Positions 63,961 through 64,000 of a stretch of 64,000 nt of DNA are shown piece by piece. How positions within the stretch are numbered: position 1 is the stretch's first letter; every line of letters starts with the position of its first letter. Where the stretch lies: IMG/VR virus record IMGVR_UViG_3300023181_000028, positions 16,012 through 80,011 of that record; one strand, given 5' to 3'. The position numbers and the translations under genes are program-made. This stretch comes from a virus. Below the pieces are notes generated by a model. That model made no database searches. It was given only the letters and a program-made list of their open reading frames with translations, and was not told where the DNA came from.

Positions 63961-64000
63961 TTTACTGACTACGGCTCTCCGTACTCGCTTTGATTTACTT

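Noticed and set aside
1-64000. Impression of frequent CGCG/CCGG/GGCGG words in an AT-rich genome
   Set aside because: Cannot be quantified by eye; needs a Markov-corrected k-mer count

Overview
AT-rich 64 kb segment of a crAss-like (Crassvirales-type) phage, probably infecting a Bacteroidota host (TAnnTTTG promoters). It reads in the standard genetic code, and I saw no tRNA, CRISPR array or integrase. Layout: (1) plus-strand recombination/accessory cluster, 1-7785; (2) long minus-strand virion/lysis block, 7864-51810 (tail fibres, cargo proteins, muzzle, ring proteins, GH25 endolysin, major capsid protein, scaffold, portal, terminase), interrupted by small accessory islands; (3) minus-strand nuclease/DnaA-C/DnaJ/Pif1-helicase cluster, 51807-58115; (4) non-coding skew-switch region; (5) plus-strand early-like small genes from 58920. 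Most striking: small accessory ORFs are stand-alone copies of pieces of the phage's own portal (6250-6498) and major capsid protein (54003-54284), with weaker candidates elsewhere. They may be decoys against structure-sensing defences (inference). Also seen: a dispersed ECF-type promoter (TGMAAC-N16/17-SGT), some copies firing antisense into late genes; five pairs of TTACA-N5-TGTAA palindromes, each pair exactly 38 bp apart; three promoter-short RNA-terminator cassettes; and mirror-image cytosine depletion around 58.1-58.8 kb. All product calls come from motif and synteny recognition by eye, not database searches.
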